From NCBI RefSeq assembly GCF_006345805.1, contig NC_043005.1:8060001-8124000 (forward strand): a stretch of DNA of 64,000 bases, given 5' to 3'. Within the stretch, counting starts at the first letter, position 1, and the number at the start of each line of letters is the position of its first letter. The notes under the pieces were generated by a model. That model saw only the letters and a list, made by a program, of their open reading frames with translations. It was not told where the DNA came from and made no database searches. A program made the position numbers and the translations under genes. The stretch comes from Octopus sinensis. Taxonomy: Eukaryota. Positions 1 through 12,266 of the stretch are shown here, one piece after another.

Positions 1-150
1 CCCCCTAAATTTGTAGTATCTATATAAAATATGAATATATTTTCTAACCAAACTTTCTAGACTAGGAATAAATTCTACTCATCCGAACATTTATTGTAAG
101 TTATGTGACGTCCAGAAATAAGTCTATATATTTCAAACAATCACACACAT

Positions 151-293
151 CTGACTTCAAATGCCGCCAGGTCGACTTCGCCTTTCATCCTTTTAGAGGC
201 GATAAAATATGTATCAGTTGAGTACTAAGATCGATGTAATCGATTTACTCTTCCCCCGAAATAACTGGCCTTGTGCCAAAATCTGAAACCAAT
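151..293 (+). mobile_element. SINE family B, 5'-truncated copy
   Basis: Matches the body of the copies at 26073 and 47048 (TTCAAAT.CCGCC..GGTCGACTT.GCCTTTCATCCTTT...GATGTAATCGA). Confidence 0.75.
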
Positions 294-327
294 ACTATTT
301 ACATTATTAATCTGCTTCTATTGCATG

Positions 328-374
<47 letters not shown>

Positions 375-415
375 ACACACACACACACACATGCATAAGA
401 TATACATATACATAC

Positions 416-575
416 AGGAGTGGCTGTGTGGTAAGTAGCTTGCTAACCAACCATATGGTTCCGGGTTCAGTCCCACTGTGTGGCATCTTGGGCAAGTGTC
501 TTCTGATATAGCCCCGGACCGACCAATGCCTTGTGAGTGGATTTGGTAGACGGAAACTGAAAGAAGCCTGTCGTA

Positions 576-616
<41 letters not shown>

Positions 617-842
617 TTGTGTTTCTGTGTTTTTCCCCCTAGCATTGCTTGACAACCGATGCTGGTGTGTTTACGTTCCCGTCACCTAGCGGTTCGTCAA
701 AAAGAGACCGATAGAATAAGTACTGGGCTTACACAGAATAAGTCCCGGGGTCGATTTGCTCGACTAAAGGCGGTGCTCCAGCATGATCGCAGTCAAATGA
801 CTGAAACAAGTAAAAGAGTAAAAGAGTAAAAGAGTAAAAGAG
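416..842 (+). mobile_element. tRNA-derived SINE family A, full length, with internal (TA)n(TG)n and (AAAAGAGT)n tail
   Basis: Head GGAGTGGCTGTGTGGTAAG (A-box-like) and GGTTCAGTCCC (B-box-like). Near-identical to the copies at 42357 and 49371; ends in a tandem AAAAGAGT tail. Confidence 0.9.
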
Positions 843-1564
843 ATACATACACACATACATACATACATTTGTTTGTTCTTTCCTTATCATAGGAACACTT
901 CTTGCTTTACATGTGGGCTTTTTAAAGCTTTATCTGTCGATATGTTTCAAATCCGTATTAGAACGGCAATTTTCATATGCCAAACTGTAGCTATTTGCGT
1001 AACGTTTGGATAAAAGTATATCCCATTCTGCAACTAACTCTAACCTATGAACAGAAATGACCTAAGAATCTGTTCATTATCTGTAGAAATCACCTCAGAA
1101 ACACAAAAACAAACCACGAACTGTAATAAGAAGCGGAGACATAAATATAGAACGAAATCCAGTTTAAAACAAGGAAATTTCCCTCCTCTGCTACCTACCC
1201 TATAACGTGATTTTGGCATCCAAAGCAGCATCATTACTTCTGGTGGTGCCAAACAATTTTAGAATAATTCAAACGGTGTTTGAGTGTGTGCACACTAAAT
1301 ATTTGTGCTAGGTTCACAAATCATAAGCGTATACATTCCAAATATATAATTATATGATAAAATTAGAATACACAACTAACCGCATTCAAGCTTGATAAGA
1401 AAGGCAAAAAAAAAAATACATAGAATGATCAACTTACAAATCCTACATATCAACTTATTCGATACAAACCAAAATTTACAAATGAATTGATTACAATTAA
1501 CAGACATATAAAATTTTAAAATTAAACATATTAACAAGTAAAGGTATACCATAATTCAAAAAAC

Positions 1565-1908
1565 GGTATTAGTATCGTAGACTGGTCCCGGTTTGCGCAC
1601 ACGCGCATGCGCGCGTCCGTGCTAGCCAGACGTAGGTAGTCGATACTCGATCCTACGAGCTGACTGGCGCATGCGCGGTACGCGATTCGCGCATGCGCGT
1701 TACAACGCCCTCCCGCAATTTTCACTAAGGAAATTTTTTTTTTAAATTCGGATTTTCCTTAGTGAAAATTGCGGGGGGTGGGGTTGTAGCGCGTATCGTG
1801 CACCGTGCATGCGCCAGTCAGCTCGTAGGATCGAGTATCGACTACCTGCGTCTGGCTAGCGCGGACGCGCGTGTACGCAAACCGGGACCATTCTACGATA
1901 CTAGTACC
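1565..1908. mobile_element. Foldback MITE with 9-bp TSD (Mutator/MULE-like)
   Basis: Arms 1565-~1733 and ~1753-1908 are reverse complements (GGTATTAGTATCGTAGA...TCTACGATACTAGTACC). Flanks are TCAAAAAAC (1556-1564) and TCAAAGAAC (1909-1917). Confidence 0.85.
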
Positions 1909-2537
1909 TCAAAGAACGACATATGCCGACAGCTTACAGTGTCAAAAAATACCATCATAGAACCAATATTTTAATGGTCTAGCTTTAAGGACTTCGACGT
2001 AGAAATGAAGGAATCCAAGTTCTAACTTTGAATCGCATATGTAAATTAAGGCGTAATACGGAAGTCACTATTACTATCCAATGACAAAGAAAAAAAGAGA
2101 CCAAGCTACTTCAAGGGCAAAGCTATTCAAATAACCCAAACATACATTCTAATCAATAAATGAACGTGATTAAGACTTAAGCAGTTACAATATCATTCTA
2201 AGTTTCAGGTGTGTAACTAAAATGCAAGATTGATATAATGCTGAATTTATTTAAAATGTCATTGTGTAAATCGAGACGGCAATTATATTGATTAATTTTC
2301 TAGCATTAAAAACTTGCTTAATTATACACGCAATAAGATTATTAGTAACTTGAAACAGTAATTCCTTTCTATCATTTACTTCCGAAATTTTACTGCTTAT
2401 GCTGCAAACACACTATATCCTAGTCAACTTGATGTGCAACTATAAGATTCACTACTACTTGAAATTTAAACTAAATTCACCAAAATCTGGGAGTTTGGTG
2501 AATAATATTCTTATTATCTTGTACAAGTACAGTTGTC

Positions 2538-2950
2538 GGATCTTTTCGGTTTGAACGGCAGTTTTTAACATAATTTCTAGGTAACTAAAAAATTTTAAAC
2601 TTCGTATACTGGTAGAATTTGTTTATAAAACATCTTTTTCTCTTGGCTTTATTGAGAAAATTCTATAGTTTGTAAGATATTTGTTGTTTTTTTTTCTTCA
2701 ATTTCTGCAATTTCAACCAATGTCTATTGAGAGGTGAAAAGAACATTCTGTGCCGTATGAATATGTCCCTCGTTTAAGAAACAGATTGGGTTTATTTACA
2801 TTTGTGAAGAAAAAAGATACCCTTCCCCTAACCCTAACCCTAACCCTAAAAGAGATTGAAATGCAATAGATCGATTTTACGGTCATAATTATGGGTGAAA
2901 ATTTCATATGACACCGCTAGAAAAAACTGCCGTTCAAACCGAAAAGATCC
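2538..2950. mobile_element. MITE with ~29-bp terminal inverted repeats (TIRs), perfect 8-bp TSD and internal (CCCTAA)n
   Basis: TIR GGATCTTTTCGGTTTGAACGGCAGTTTTT at the left end and its reverse complement ending at 2950. CAGTTGTC at 2530-2537 and 2951-2958. CCCTAA repeats at ~2827-2849. Confidence 0.9.
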
Positions 2951-3120
2951 CAGTTGTCTAGCTGCTGATAATATTATTCTTTGCTTAGAAATAAAGGCTT
3001 TTTGTTTGTATTTAGTACAGAATTACGTGCACATTTCTGAATAGTGCTGTTAAAACTGATCAAAACAATATGTAAATATTGTAAGAATTGCCTTCTTTAA
3101 CGATGGAATTAACGATTTGA

Positions 3121-3308
3121 ACAGACTCTTTCCATGTGTCTGCCTGCTTTTCTTTCTCTCTTCCTCCTCACAGAATCATTAACTTTCTCTCCTTATATTA
3201 TCGTACCGGCCTGTAGGTTTGTAGTTTGCTATTTTAAGAACTTCGGTGACATGTCACCCAGGCATTCTATTTGTTTCGCCTTTATTCAGTACAACCTATT
3301 AAATATTC
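3121..3308. repeat. ~190-bp local duplicate, uninterrupted copy; its paralog at 5760-6393 is split by a SINE
   Basis: ACAGACTCTTTCCATGTGTCTGC...CCTCACAGAATCATTAACT...CAGTACAACCTATTAAA recurs at 5762-5828 plus 6249-6393. Confidence 0.85.
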
Positions 3309-3491
3309 TTATTTGCAATTAAAACAGAAATTTGTAAAAACTTAAATCAAACTGGAATGACTATAACTATAAAAATTTAATGCTAATTATTGCAGGAAAT
3401 ATTGCTGTATGATTGAATAATGATTTAAATGAATGGAAACGACGCAAAAGTAATGGCGTTACGAGTACTGAATCTGTTACTATTGTTATAT

Positions 3492-3792
3492 CACGTGATC
3501 ACGTGACCGACCAGACCATCAGATGTTGCTACACATCGCTGGTCACAATGCGTTCGCATTGTTTTAGCCTTCGAACGACGCCACCCCGCTGGCTAAGCGA
3601 GCAGGCCAACAGAAGAGTGAGAGAAAGAGTGGTGAAATAGTACAGCAGGGATCACCACCCCCAGCCGGAGCCTTGTGGAGCTTTTAGGTGTTTTCGCTCA
3701 ATAAACACACACAACGCCTGGTCTGGGAATCGAAACCGCGATCCTACGACTGCGAGTCCACTGCCCTAACCACTAGGCCATTGCGCCTCCAC
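3492..3792 (-). mobile_element. tRNA-derived SINE family C (tail type i)
   Basis: Minus-strand head GTGGAGGCGCAATGGCCTAGTGG...GGTTTCGATTCCCAGACC. TSD ACTATTGTTATAT at 3479-3491 and 3791-3803. Confidence 0.9.
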
Positions 3793-4602
3793 TATTGTTA
3801 TATATATATACCTTATATCACAAATAGATAATGATGATAATAATGACAATGATGGAGATGATGTGAAGATGATGATGTGATGAGAAAGATGATGAAGAGT
3901 ATGATTATTTTATTATTTGATCACGCGTATCACGACTAATACGCACTCTCTCGAAAATTCAAATTATCTGATCACAAATAACAATGATAAATAAATCAAA
4001 AAGCAAAAGGTCGAAATCCATTTAAATTTGCGTGAAAATGTAATTATTATTTGGATTTACAACTTCAAAGACGTTACTGTATTAACGGCGTAATTTAAAA
4101 AAAAAATATTTAAAAATCTAATATGACGGATATAAAATAAGATGTTTAATGCAAACTTACATAGTCTAGAATATGCCCACCAAATATGTAAATATTAGAG
4201 CGATGAATTTCCAACAGCAGTGATAAATCCTCAGTTAAAGGCACTTTTGTTGTTTGTCTGTATAGAATAATCTGGAAAATGAAAATCCTAAAAGCAAAAT
4301 GGAAAGAAGAAAAAACTGGAAAAAAAAAGCAAAAATGAAATGAGAAATTGTCTGTTGTAGTTAACATTGCGGCAAATGTTTAATTTAATTACAGCTATTC
4401 AAAAGACCCATTCAGGTAATTCATAATTTTAAGTTATATATTTGTAGTAAAGTTAATTACAACATCCATTAGTTACACATACTATTAAGACACATTAAAC
4501 CATAATATTTTTACTTCAACATTTTAAAATTCTTTTACTAATTTAGTATTTTCATTCGCATATTAATTTCGTGTTATTGTCATTCTCTCTAAAGGAAAAC
4601 GA

Positions 4603-4609
4603 AAAAGCA

Positions 4610-4640
<31 letters not shown>

Positions 4641-4681
4641 AAGCAAAAAATAAAGCAAAAAAAAGCAAAAAAAAAAGCAAA
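4603..4681. repeat. Tandem repeat (GCAAAAAAAAAA)n
   Basis: About 7 units of AAAGC followed by an A-run, read directly. Confidence 0.85.
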
Positions 4682-5188
4682 TGTATGTTTAAATAGACTT
4701 CTGACATAATGAAATTTTATCCTTAAATGTAATAAGCCATTCTTCCGATCTGAAAATGTAATGTATCACACGTTCATAAGACATAACCGAAATAGATAAA
4801 ACATAAATGACATGAGTTTAATTGGATATATGTCACGTTAGACATCTTGTATTACGAACGTTACTGAAAAATATATTCAAATTTACACATCTACACAGAC
4901 TCACGCATACGGACAATCATGTATATTTGTTCGACTTGTTAGAAATAGTGATCCAATCTCAATCCAATATCTATGACATTAAAAGAGATACACTAGGTAA
5001 TGTAGTCCAACATAATTAAGGAACTCTTTGATCGACAACGACACGCAAACATTCGCCCCCTCCCCCCACAAAAAACCCTAAAAAATAACGTGCAATTATG
5101 TGGTTGTTCAACGTGTTTAGGACGCTTTTAATGAAATTTTTGCTCGACAGGCATTGATCTGGGACTACAGCAATACTGAAACACACAA

Positions 5189-5233
<45 letters not shown>

Positions 5234-5828
5234 CATATACACGAAAGAAGGTTTGAAAATGCAATTTAAAAGATGTTTATTTACTTGTCCTTAACATGTC
5301 CCTGTTACCAAAGACTGTATATATGTAACGTAGCAATTTGCAACAACCAATAATTAACGCAACCAAACTTCTACATGTTACTTTTGACAATCTTTTTCCA
5401 AAGAGTGAAACCGGTAAAGTAAATAAATATCTTTTAAATTGCATTTTCAAACCTTCTTTCGTATATAATTCCACTCGTGCGGTACTCGACAACTCCACTT
5501 TGTTATATATATATATATATATGTATATACATACAAATGTATATACAAACGTGCGCGCGCACGAACACACACAGACACACAGTAGATAAATAGTTATTTA
5601 TTCTTTTAAAAAAATGGGAGAACCATAGTTTAAAGGAATGTAGTCAATACTTAGCAGCAATATTTGCTTAAGATAATGCCTTCAACATGATGAGTCGTGC
5701 TTACTTTGCTTAGACAAATTCCAAGGAGAAGGAAAACTGACCAGAGGCATCAGCTTCATGAACAGACTCTTTCCATGTGTCTGCTTGTTGTTCTTTTTCT
5801 CTTTCTCTCTATTTTTACCTCACAGAAT

Positions 5829-6248
5829 TTATTTCTTTACTACCCACAAGGGGCTAAACACAAAGGGGACACACGAGGACAGACAAACGGATTAAGTCGA
5901 TTACATCGACCCCAGTGCGTAGCTGGTACTTATTTAATCGACCCCGAAAGGATGAAAGGCAAAGTCGACTTCGGTGGAATTTGAACTCAGAACGTAGCGG
6001 CAGACGAAATACCTATTTCTTTACTACCCACAAGGGGCTAAACACAGAGGGGACAAACAAGGACAGACAAACGGATTAAGTCGATTATATCGACCCCAGT
6101 GCATAACTGGTACTTATTTAATCGACCCCGAAAGGATGAAAGGCAAAGTCGACTTCGGTGGAATTTGAACTCAGAACGTAACGGCAGAAGAAATACGGCT
6201 ACGCATTTCGCCGGGCGTGCTAACGTTTCTGCCAGCTCGCCGCCTTTG
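5829..6248 (-). mobile_element. SINE family B head-to-tail dimer inside a single 13-bp TSD
   Basis: Full unit 6014-6248 plus a 5'-truncated second unit 5829-6013. TSD TACCTCACAGAAT at 5816-5828 and 6249-6261. Confidence 0.9.
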
Positions 6249-6913
6249 TACCTCACAGAATCATTAACTCTCTCTCCTTATATTATTGTACCGGTCTGTG
6301 GGTTTGTAGTTTGCTATTTTAAGAACTTCGGCGATATGTCACCCAGGTATTCTATTTGTTTCGCCTTTATTCAGTACAACCTATTAAACATTCCTGACAG
6401 AAGCTTTCATATTATATAAGTTCAAAGTATTTTCCTATTCTGTAATATCATTATTATCACCATTATTTACATCTTACAATGTTAACATCTTATATCATTA
6501 AAATCTTATCTTGATGTTATCTGTTGCTACGACGGCTCTTCTATTGCTTTAAATATTCTCAAACGTGGCCTTTTCTCGATATCAGTACTCCTAACTCAAA
6601 TTGACTACACAACTGGTTTTGGAACAGCATTGATCGCTAATTTGCGCCTATGTAATTTGGATTTACTTCCAAAGAAGTACTGTCGTTTTTCAAGACAACA
6701 GATTCTTTGTGATTGAGCAAATGTCTCTTGTTTTGATAAACTTACGAATTTGATTTTTCTTTTTGTTGAGTTGTATTTCTTTTACTTTATTTTTTGTCTC
6801 TTTATGTTTGTGATTTCATTCAAGATCGTGAGATGTTCCTATATTTACTCTCTTTCTCTGTGCGTTTGTTTCAACAATGTTTGCTTGAAATTAGATTTCT
6901 CTATTTCAGAAGT

Positions 6914-7208
6914 GTGAAGGTACATGGCCTAGTGGTTAGTGTAGCGGACACGCGGTAAAGGGATCGCGGGTTCGAATCTCAGACCGGACGATGTGTGTGT
7001 TTTATGAGCGAAACACCTAAGCTCCACGCGGCTCCGACAGAAGGTAATGGCGAACTTCTGCTGACTCTTTCCCCACAACTTTCTCTCACTCTTTCCTCTG
7101 ACAGCTCACCTGCGACGGACCGGCGTCCCGTCCAGGTGGGGAACCTATACGTCAAGGAAACCGGGAAACCAGCCCTATGAGCCAGGCGTGGCTCGAGAAG
7201 GAACAAAC
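6914..7208 (+). mobile_element. tRNA-derived SINE family C (tail type ii)
   Basis: TGGCCTAGTGG A-box and GGTTCGAATC B-box. TSD ATTTCAGAAGT at 6903-6913 and 7209-7219. Confidence 0.9.
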
Positions 7209-7877
7209 ATTTCAGAAGTACCTTTGCAACTGCTATAACTGCTGCTTATACCATACTTTTGGCTTTATTCTAGTGATGTTGATGCTCACGCCTGATTCCA
7301 GTAAATTCTAGTAATTAAATGTTTAAAACTGTTTCTGCGATTCATCTTTTAAAAACTGTTATTTTATCATTTAGACTTATCTTACAAGGCGTAGTGGAGT
7401 CGCTTGGTGGTTCACGGAATATCTATTGATTTTAATTCTTTAATTTCTTCCATCTTTAGATTACTGTTATATTTACAGTTCTAGAATTCTACTCTTAGAT
7501 CTTTCTCATATTCCCGTGTGTTCATATGTTTGTTTTCGTACTTCTTAATCGGCTTTTGTTGATCAATATACTGTAAGTCCATTGGGGGTTATATTTTAAG
7601 TTTTGTTCAAATTAGTTCTGTTTTCATGATTTACTTTCTCAATATCTATAACTATATTTTGTTCCGTTGTCTGCAAGGTTTTTTGATTGCGTATTTGTCT
7701 GTTGTTTGCGTTTTCACTTTGTTTCTTTCGTGTTTTCTTTTTTTGTATTGAGCTAAATAATGTATCTTCTTAAACTCGCTAGTTTGTAAGGATCCTAATT
7801 AGCAAATCTGTTGGTATGCTAATTTAATTTTAGTCCTAGACTATTCTGTCTCTAGATATTACATAGGTATATTCTAG

Positions 7878-8212
7878 CAGGCATATGGCTCAATGGTCAG
7901 AGCGTCGAGTTCACAATCATGAGGTAGTGAATTCAATTACCGGACCGGGCTGTGTCTTTTACCCTTCAAGAGGACACTTATTTCCCGCTGCTCCATTTCA
8001 GTCACCTGAAGAAATGAGTTGCGACGTCACTGTTGTCAAGGTGTACGGCAGCCTTTCCCTTGGATATCATCGGTGGCGTAAAGAAGGGAGGCAGGCATGC
8101 ATGGGCGGCTACTGGTCTTCCATAAACAACCTTGCCCGGACTTGTGCTTCGGAGGGTAACTTTCTATGTGCAATCCTATGGTCATTCATGACCGAAGGGG
8201 TTCTTAACCCGT
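7878..8212 (+). mobile_element. tRNA-derived SINE family D, diverged
   Basis: TGGCTCAATGGTCAGAGCGTCG head; body is the reverse complement of 50037-50377. Confidence 0.8.
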
Positions 8213-8354
8213 TTTGAATTTTAGCAGACTTTTAGGGGGAGAAAGGATACACAGTCGCGGTGAAATAGATATGGAATTTCTGGCAAAATTTTGATATGTT
8301 CAATTATGTGGTTTTTGTTTATTTGTAGAATTTGACTCGTCATGTTAATTATTT

Positions 8355-8790
8355 AAGACAATCCGAACACAGACAGGTGTTGTAGTGAATGACCGGTTGA
8401 ATGGAAATGGCACGAGACCAAGAGGATCTTTGCTGAGTATGATGTCTCGGAGGTGCTCCGCGAATCGGTCAGCCAAGCGGCGTCCCGCTTGACCGATGTA
8501 CAGAGAAGGGTTCAAAGAACAGGCGTTGCAGTAACTGACGATGTTAGAAGTGCAGGTAAAGGAGCCGGTGATACGATAGGGACGATTATGTGTGCCTGTG
8601 AAGTTGGTGGTGTTGGAGAGGTAGCGGCAAGTTCGACAGAGGTGGGGTTAAGGAAAAAACTGTGAACCAGGAGGTCACGCAGGTTGTGGGCTCGTTTGAA
8701 GGAGGGAAGGGGTAGGTTGGGGGAACATGTGGGAGGTGGAGGGGCCGGACAGTTGTCGCCGGAAGGCTCGGAGAATGCTGCGTTAGACAT
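8355..8790 (-). mobile_element. Penelope-like element fragment, GIY-YIG endonuclease end (frameshifted)
   Basis: Minus-strand translations give PSFKRAHNLRDLLVHS and, in another frame, ITGSFTCTSNIVSYCNACSLNPSLYIGQAGRRLADRFAEHLRDII...HSTGHSLQHLSVFG. Confidence 0.85.
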
Positions 8791-8875
8791 ACGTAAGTCT
8801 AAGGGATAAGAATATCTGTTATGTATGTATGTATGTATGTATGTATGTATCTATCTATATATATCTATCTATCTA

Positions 8876-8929
<54 letters not shown>

Positions 8930-9689
8930 CATACACAAACGTATACACACACATTCATATATCTATATATATATATATATATATATATATGTTTTGCTTA
9001 AGGCAAGTGACGCCAATAATTTGGTGTTAGAACTCAATTTCATCCGCTTAAGGATAAAGCGTTGATCGAGGGCACAGCCTAATATGAAATTAAATAAATG
9101 AAAAGGGAACAGTAATTAAACACATTCCATTAGCTTTCAACTCTATGAACAGCATAATATAGCAGAAACAATTACAAGCTAATGGATTTGATTACATAAT
9201 TTCTGCGCTCCGTATGACGGTAGCGATGCTCTCTTCTATTTTCCACCACTTACTATACAACGTGGAACCCGAACGATAGTGAAACAGCTGTAAGCCATGG
9301 AGTAGATGTGATATGAAAACTTCTCTTCTCACTTGTTAATTTTACATTGAGACGGAGAGTAAAATTCTGGAGTTTCATTTTGTGTGGAACCAATGATTCT
9401 ACTCAAGAACTTTTACTTCCTATACGTACTGATAGCCATTGTTCGCAGGAGTGCTGTCTCGGGTAACTTCCTGGATTTCCAGATCCCCTCTCACTGATTT
9501 TCTTTCTTTCTTTCTTTTTTCTTCTTTCTTTCTTTCTTTCTTTTTTCTTCTTTCTTTCTTTTTTCCTTCTTTGTTTCTTTCTTTCTTGGTCTCTCTCTCT
9601 ACACGCGCACACACACACACACAGACACACACAGACACAGACACACACACACACACACACACACATTCTGTAACACGTTTCAACCCCGA

Positions 9690-10410
9690 TGCTGTGGCCG
9701 TGCTGGCACACCACCAGTGCAATCACTTTTTCAATGGCCAATTTCATGTGATTGGCTTTTGGTGGAGGAGAGAGTTCAACACCGCTGCCCTCTTTTGATT
9801 TTCCTGCCCTGATATTCGCTCACACGAATCCTTGGGTATCAGGAAGTCAAGTTGTTTCTTGAATACTTCTACCTCTACTCCATAAAAGCTCAGATATTTT
9901 GGCAAGGCTTTAAATATACTTGGGCTTTTGAAACCCAAGATATTGCAGCACCTCAATCCAGATGGGTTGGCTGGGGCCTTTCGAACAGTGTAGTGACGTC
10001 CATTTCGGTGTCTGGTATAGTTCTCGATTCAAAAGTCTGATGCCACCTCCTCCAGGATCTTTCATACATATATCATTGCTCACTTCTCCAATCTTTGCTC
10101 CAGGGAGCAGAGTCGTGGCTCTTTCAGTCCCCCACCCCAGTAACTCAGCTGTTCCACTGACGCAATCTTCCTTCTTCAACATTGCTCAACTGCCTGAAGT
10201 TCTGTTTCTAATCTGACACTGTAGGGTGACCACACTTGAGAGCAGTAGTTCAGACGGCTGATGACAAATGTCCTCCAGAAAACCCGCATATTTCCTCGGT
10301 CCTTTGTTCTAAAGATCTCAAAATCCTTCCAACCCTTTTTCTGCACACATCACCATCTTGATGATATGCATCAATGCTCATATTAATCCCAAGATCACGC
10401 ACTGTATGTC
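9690..10410 (-). mobile_element. CR1/L2-type LINE ORF2 C-terminal remnant
   Basis: Minus strand gives degenerate ..RYAMIYV*KILE..NYT..NGRH.. and CNILGFKSPSIFKALPKYL..VEVEVFKKQLD..RAAVLNSLLHQ, typical of CR1/L2 ORF2 ends. Many stops and frameshifts. Confidence 0.7.
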
Positions 10411-10477
10411 ATTCTGGGATTGCCGCTTCTTTCGTCCAAAGTTTCGCTGTTGCAGTTTCTGAGCGCCAATTATATAT

Positions 10478-10555
<78 letters not shown>

Positions 10556-10912
10556 ACACACACACACATATATATCTCTATATATATATATATGTACAAA
10601 TCACATATCTTGGATCTGAGAGACATTTCAGTTGTTTACATTTTAACTCTATATATTTAAGTCGTGTGTGTATATGTGCGCGTGCGCGAGTGTACGTGCA
10701 TGTGTGCGCGAGTGCGTGTGTGTGTGTATGCGTGTGTCTGTGTGTGTGTAGTCTCTACTACACTGTTATTCCTATGTTCCAACTGTTTTTTAAAACTTTG
10801 TTTACACCCAACATTTACATAACATAATATATATATTCATATTTGCATTATATATGGCTGTGTGTTTATACTATATCATATTATATATATATGTGTGTGT
10901 ATACGTATGTAC

Positions 10913-10968
<56 letters not shown>

Positions 10969-11479
10969 TGCGGTTTCTTCACTTATAATGTTGTTTAAAG
11001 AAATATTGCATATTGTTATCTCATTTTAGTTTCAGAAATTTCCAGATATAATTTCTTTACCTTTTATTTCTTGCCTCCTTCATAACAGCTGGATATCGTA
11101 TTCAGAAAGTGACTAAGTATGAGCTTACGAAATACCGACTGAAAAACATTTATCATTTTCCTTTGTCCAGCGTAGCTTAATATATTTGTTATTTACTTTT
11201 CATGCTTCCAATTCATTTGTGTTCTTGTACATTTCTTCCAAAATTCGAAGTGAATGATTTCCTAACTGTGTATCGCAATCCATTAGTGAGTCACGAAATT
11301 ATACATGTCTGTAGCAAAATTATCCTCGTATGAGTTGTGAAATTATATAGGAGTGTCGCAAAACTCTACAGGTGAGTCGTGAAACATATGTATCTCAAAC
11401 TTGAACGCATGTTACAGTATTTGTCTGCAGTAAGAAAATTGCTTTTTTTTACATGAGGCCATTCTCCACTAGGCTATGC

Positions 11480-11520
11480 ACCCTCGTAATAACAATACCA
11501 ATAATAATAATAATAATATA

Positions 11521-11570
<50 letters not shown>

Positions 11571-11661
11571 GATAATAATAATAATAATAATGATGATAAT
11601 AATAATAATAATGATGATAATAATAATATTAATAATAATAATGATAATAATAATGATAATA
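11480..11661. repeat. (AAT/GAT)n microsatellite heading the stacked insertion array
   Basis: Read directly. Confidence 0.95.
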
Positions 11662-11740
11662 CTATGAGTTTCTTTGTCCTAGGAGTCGGGAAGACACTCG
11701 GCAAGAAATGGAAGAAAATTTGAAAGAAGATAAAAAAAGT
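11662..11740 (+). mobile_element. Extreme 3' end (75-80 bp) of an R4/Dong-type element
   Basis: CTATGAGTTTCTTTG.CCTAGGAGTCGGGAAGACACTCGGCAAGAAATGGAAG.AAATTTGAAAGAAGA is almost identical to the 3' UTR end at 13616-13691. Confidence 0.85.
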
Positions 11741-11750
11741 AATGATAATA

Positions 11751-12223
11751 CTTGGTATAAAAGATGGGCTACAGCAAATATTCTGCTCAATACCACAGAT
11801 TTGCTTGTCAGTTGTTTGACCGTAACCAGTTGAGCATGTCCCTTAGTGGCTGACGATATGTGCATCTCTGATCACGAGCTGAAGTAGTGGGGGAGCATCA
11901 GAGCCATGTGTTGAGGGGGGTTCTTTGGGGTTTGAATAATTCACCTCTGGAAACATGGGTGGTTCTTTCAACATCCTTAAACAACCCTTATTCAGGGACC
12001 TTTTGAGCAGGATGGGTTACTCGATCTGAAGAAAATTCTAACTGGGCCCCACCTGCAAGGTCATGTGCTGTTTATCTTGATATGAGATCACCATGTCGCG
12101 CACATATGGTTGTGATGCATGTGCCTGGTGTACCTTTATCAGACGGGTAGTCATGATGGGTATATTGGGCTTCGTATATTTTACCCCAGTGTCACTTTGA
12201 TGGCATGAACTGCTCTCTCACTC

Positions 12224-12224
<1 letters not shown>
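11751..12224 (+). mobile_element. Non-coding (AAT)n-tailed retroelement, 5'-truncated copy
   Basis: Colinear with 51600-52048; ends ...GCTCTCTCACTC followed by (AAT)n. Confidence 0.85.
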
Positions 12225-12255
<31 letters not shown>

Positions 12256-12266
12256 TAATAATGATA

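Noticed and set aside
2827-2849. (CCCTAA)n as a telomere or fusion relic
   Set aside because: Only about 4 units, and internal to a TIR/TSD-bounded MITE.
6430-7860. T-rich strand-biased stretch as a decayed minus-strand LINE
   Set aside because: Composition is suggestive, but I could not recover diagnostic protein motifs.
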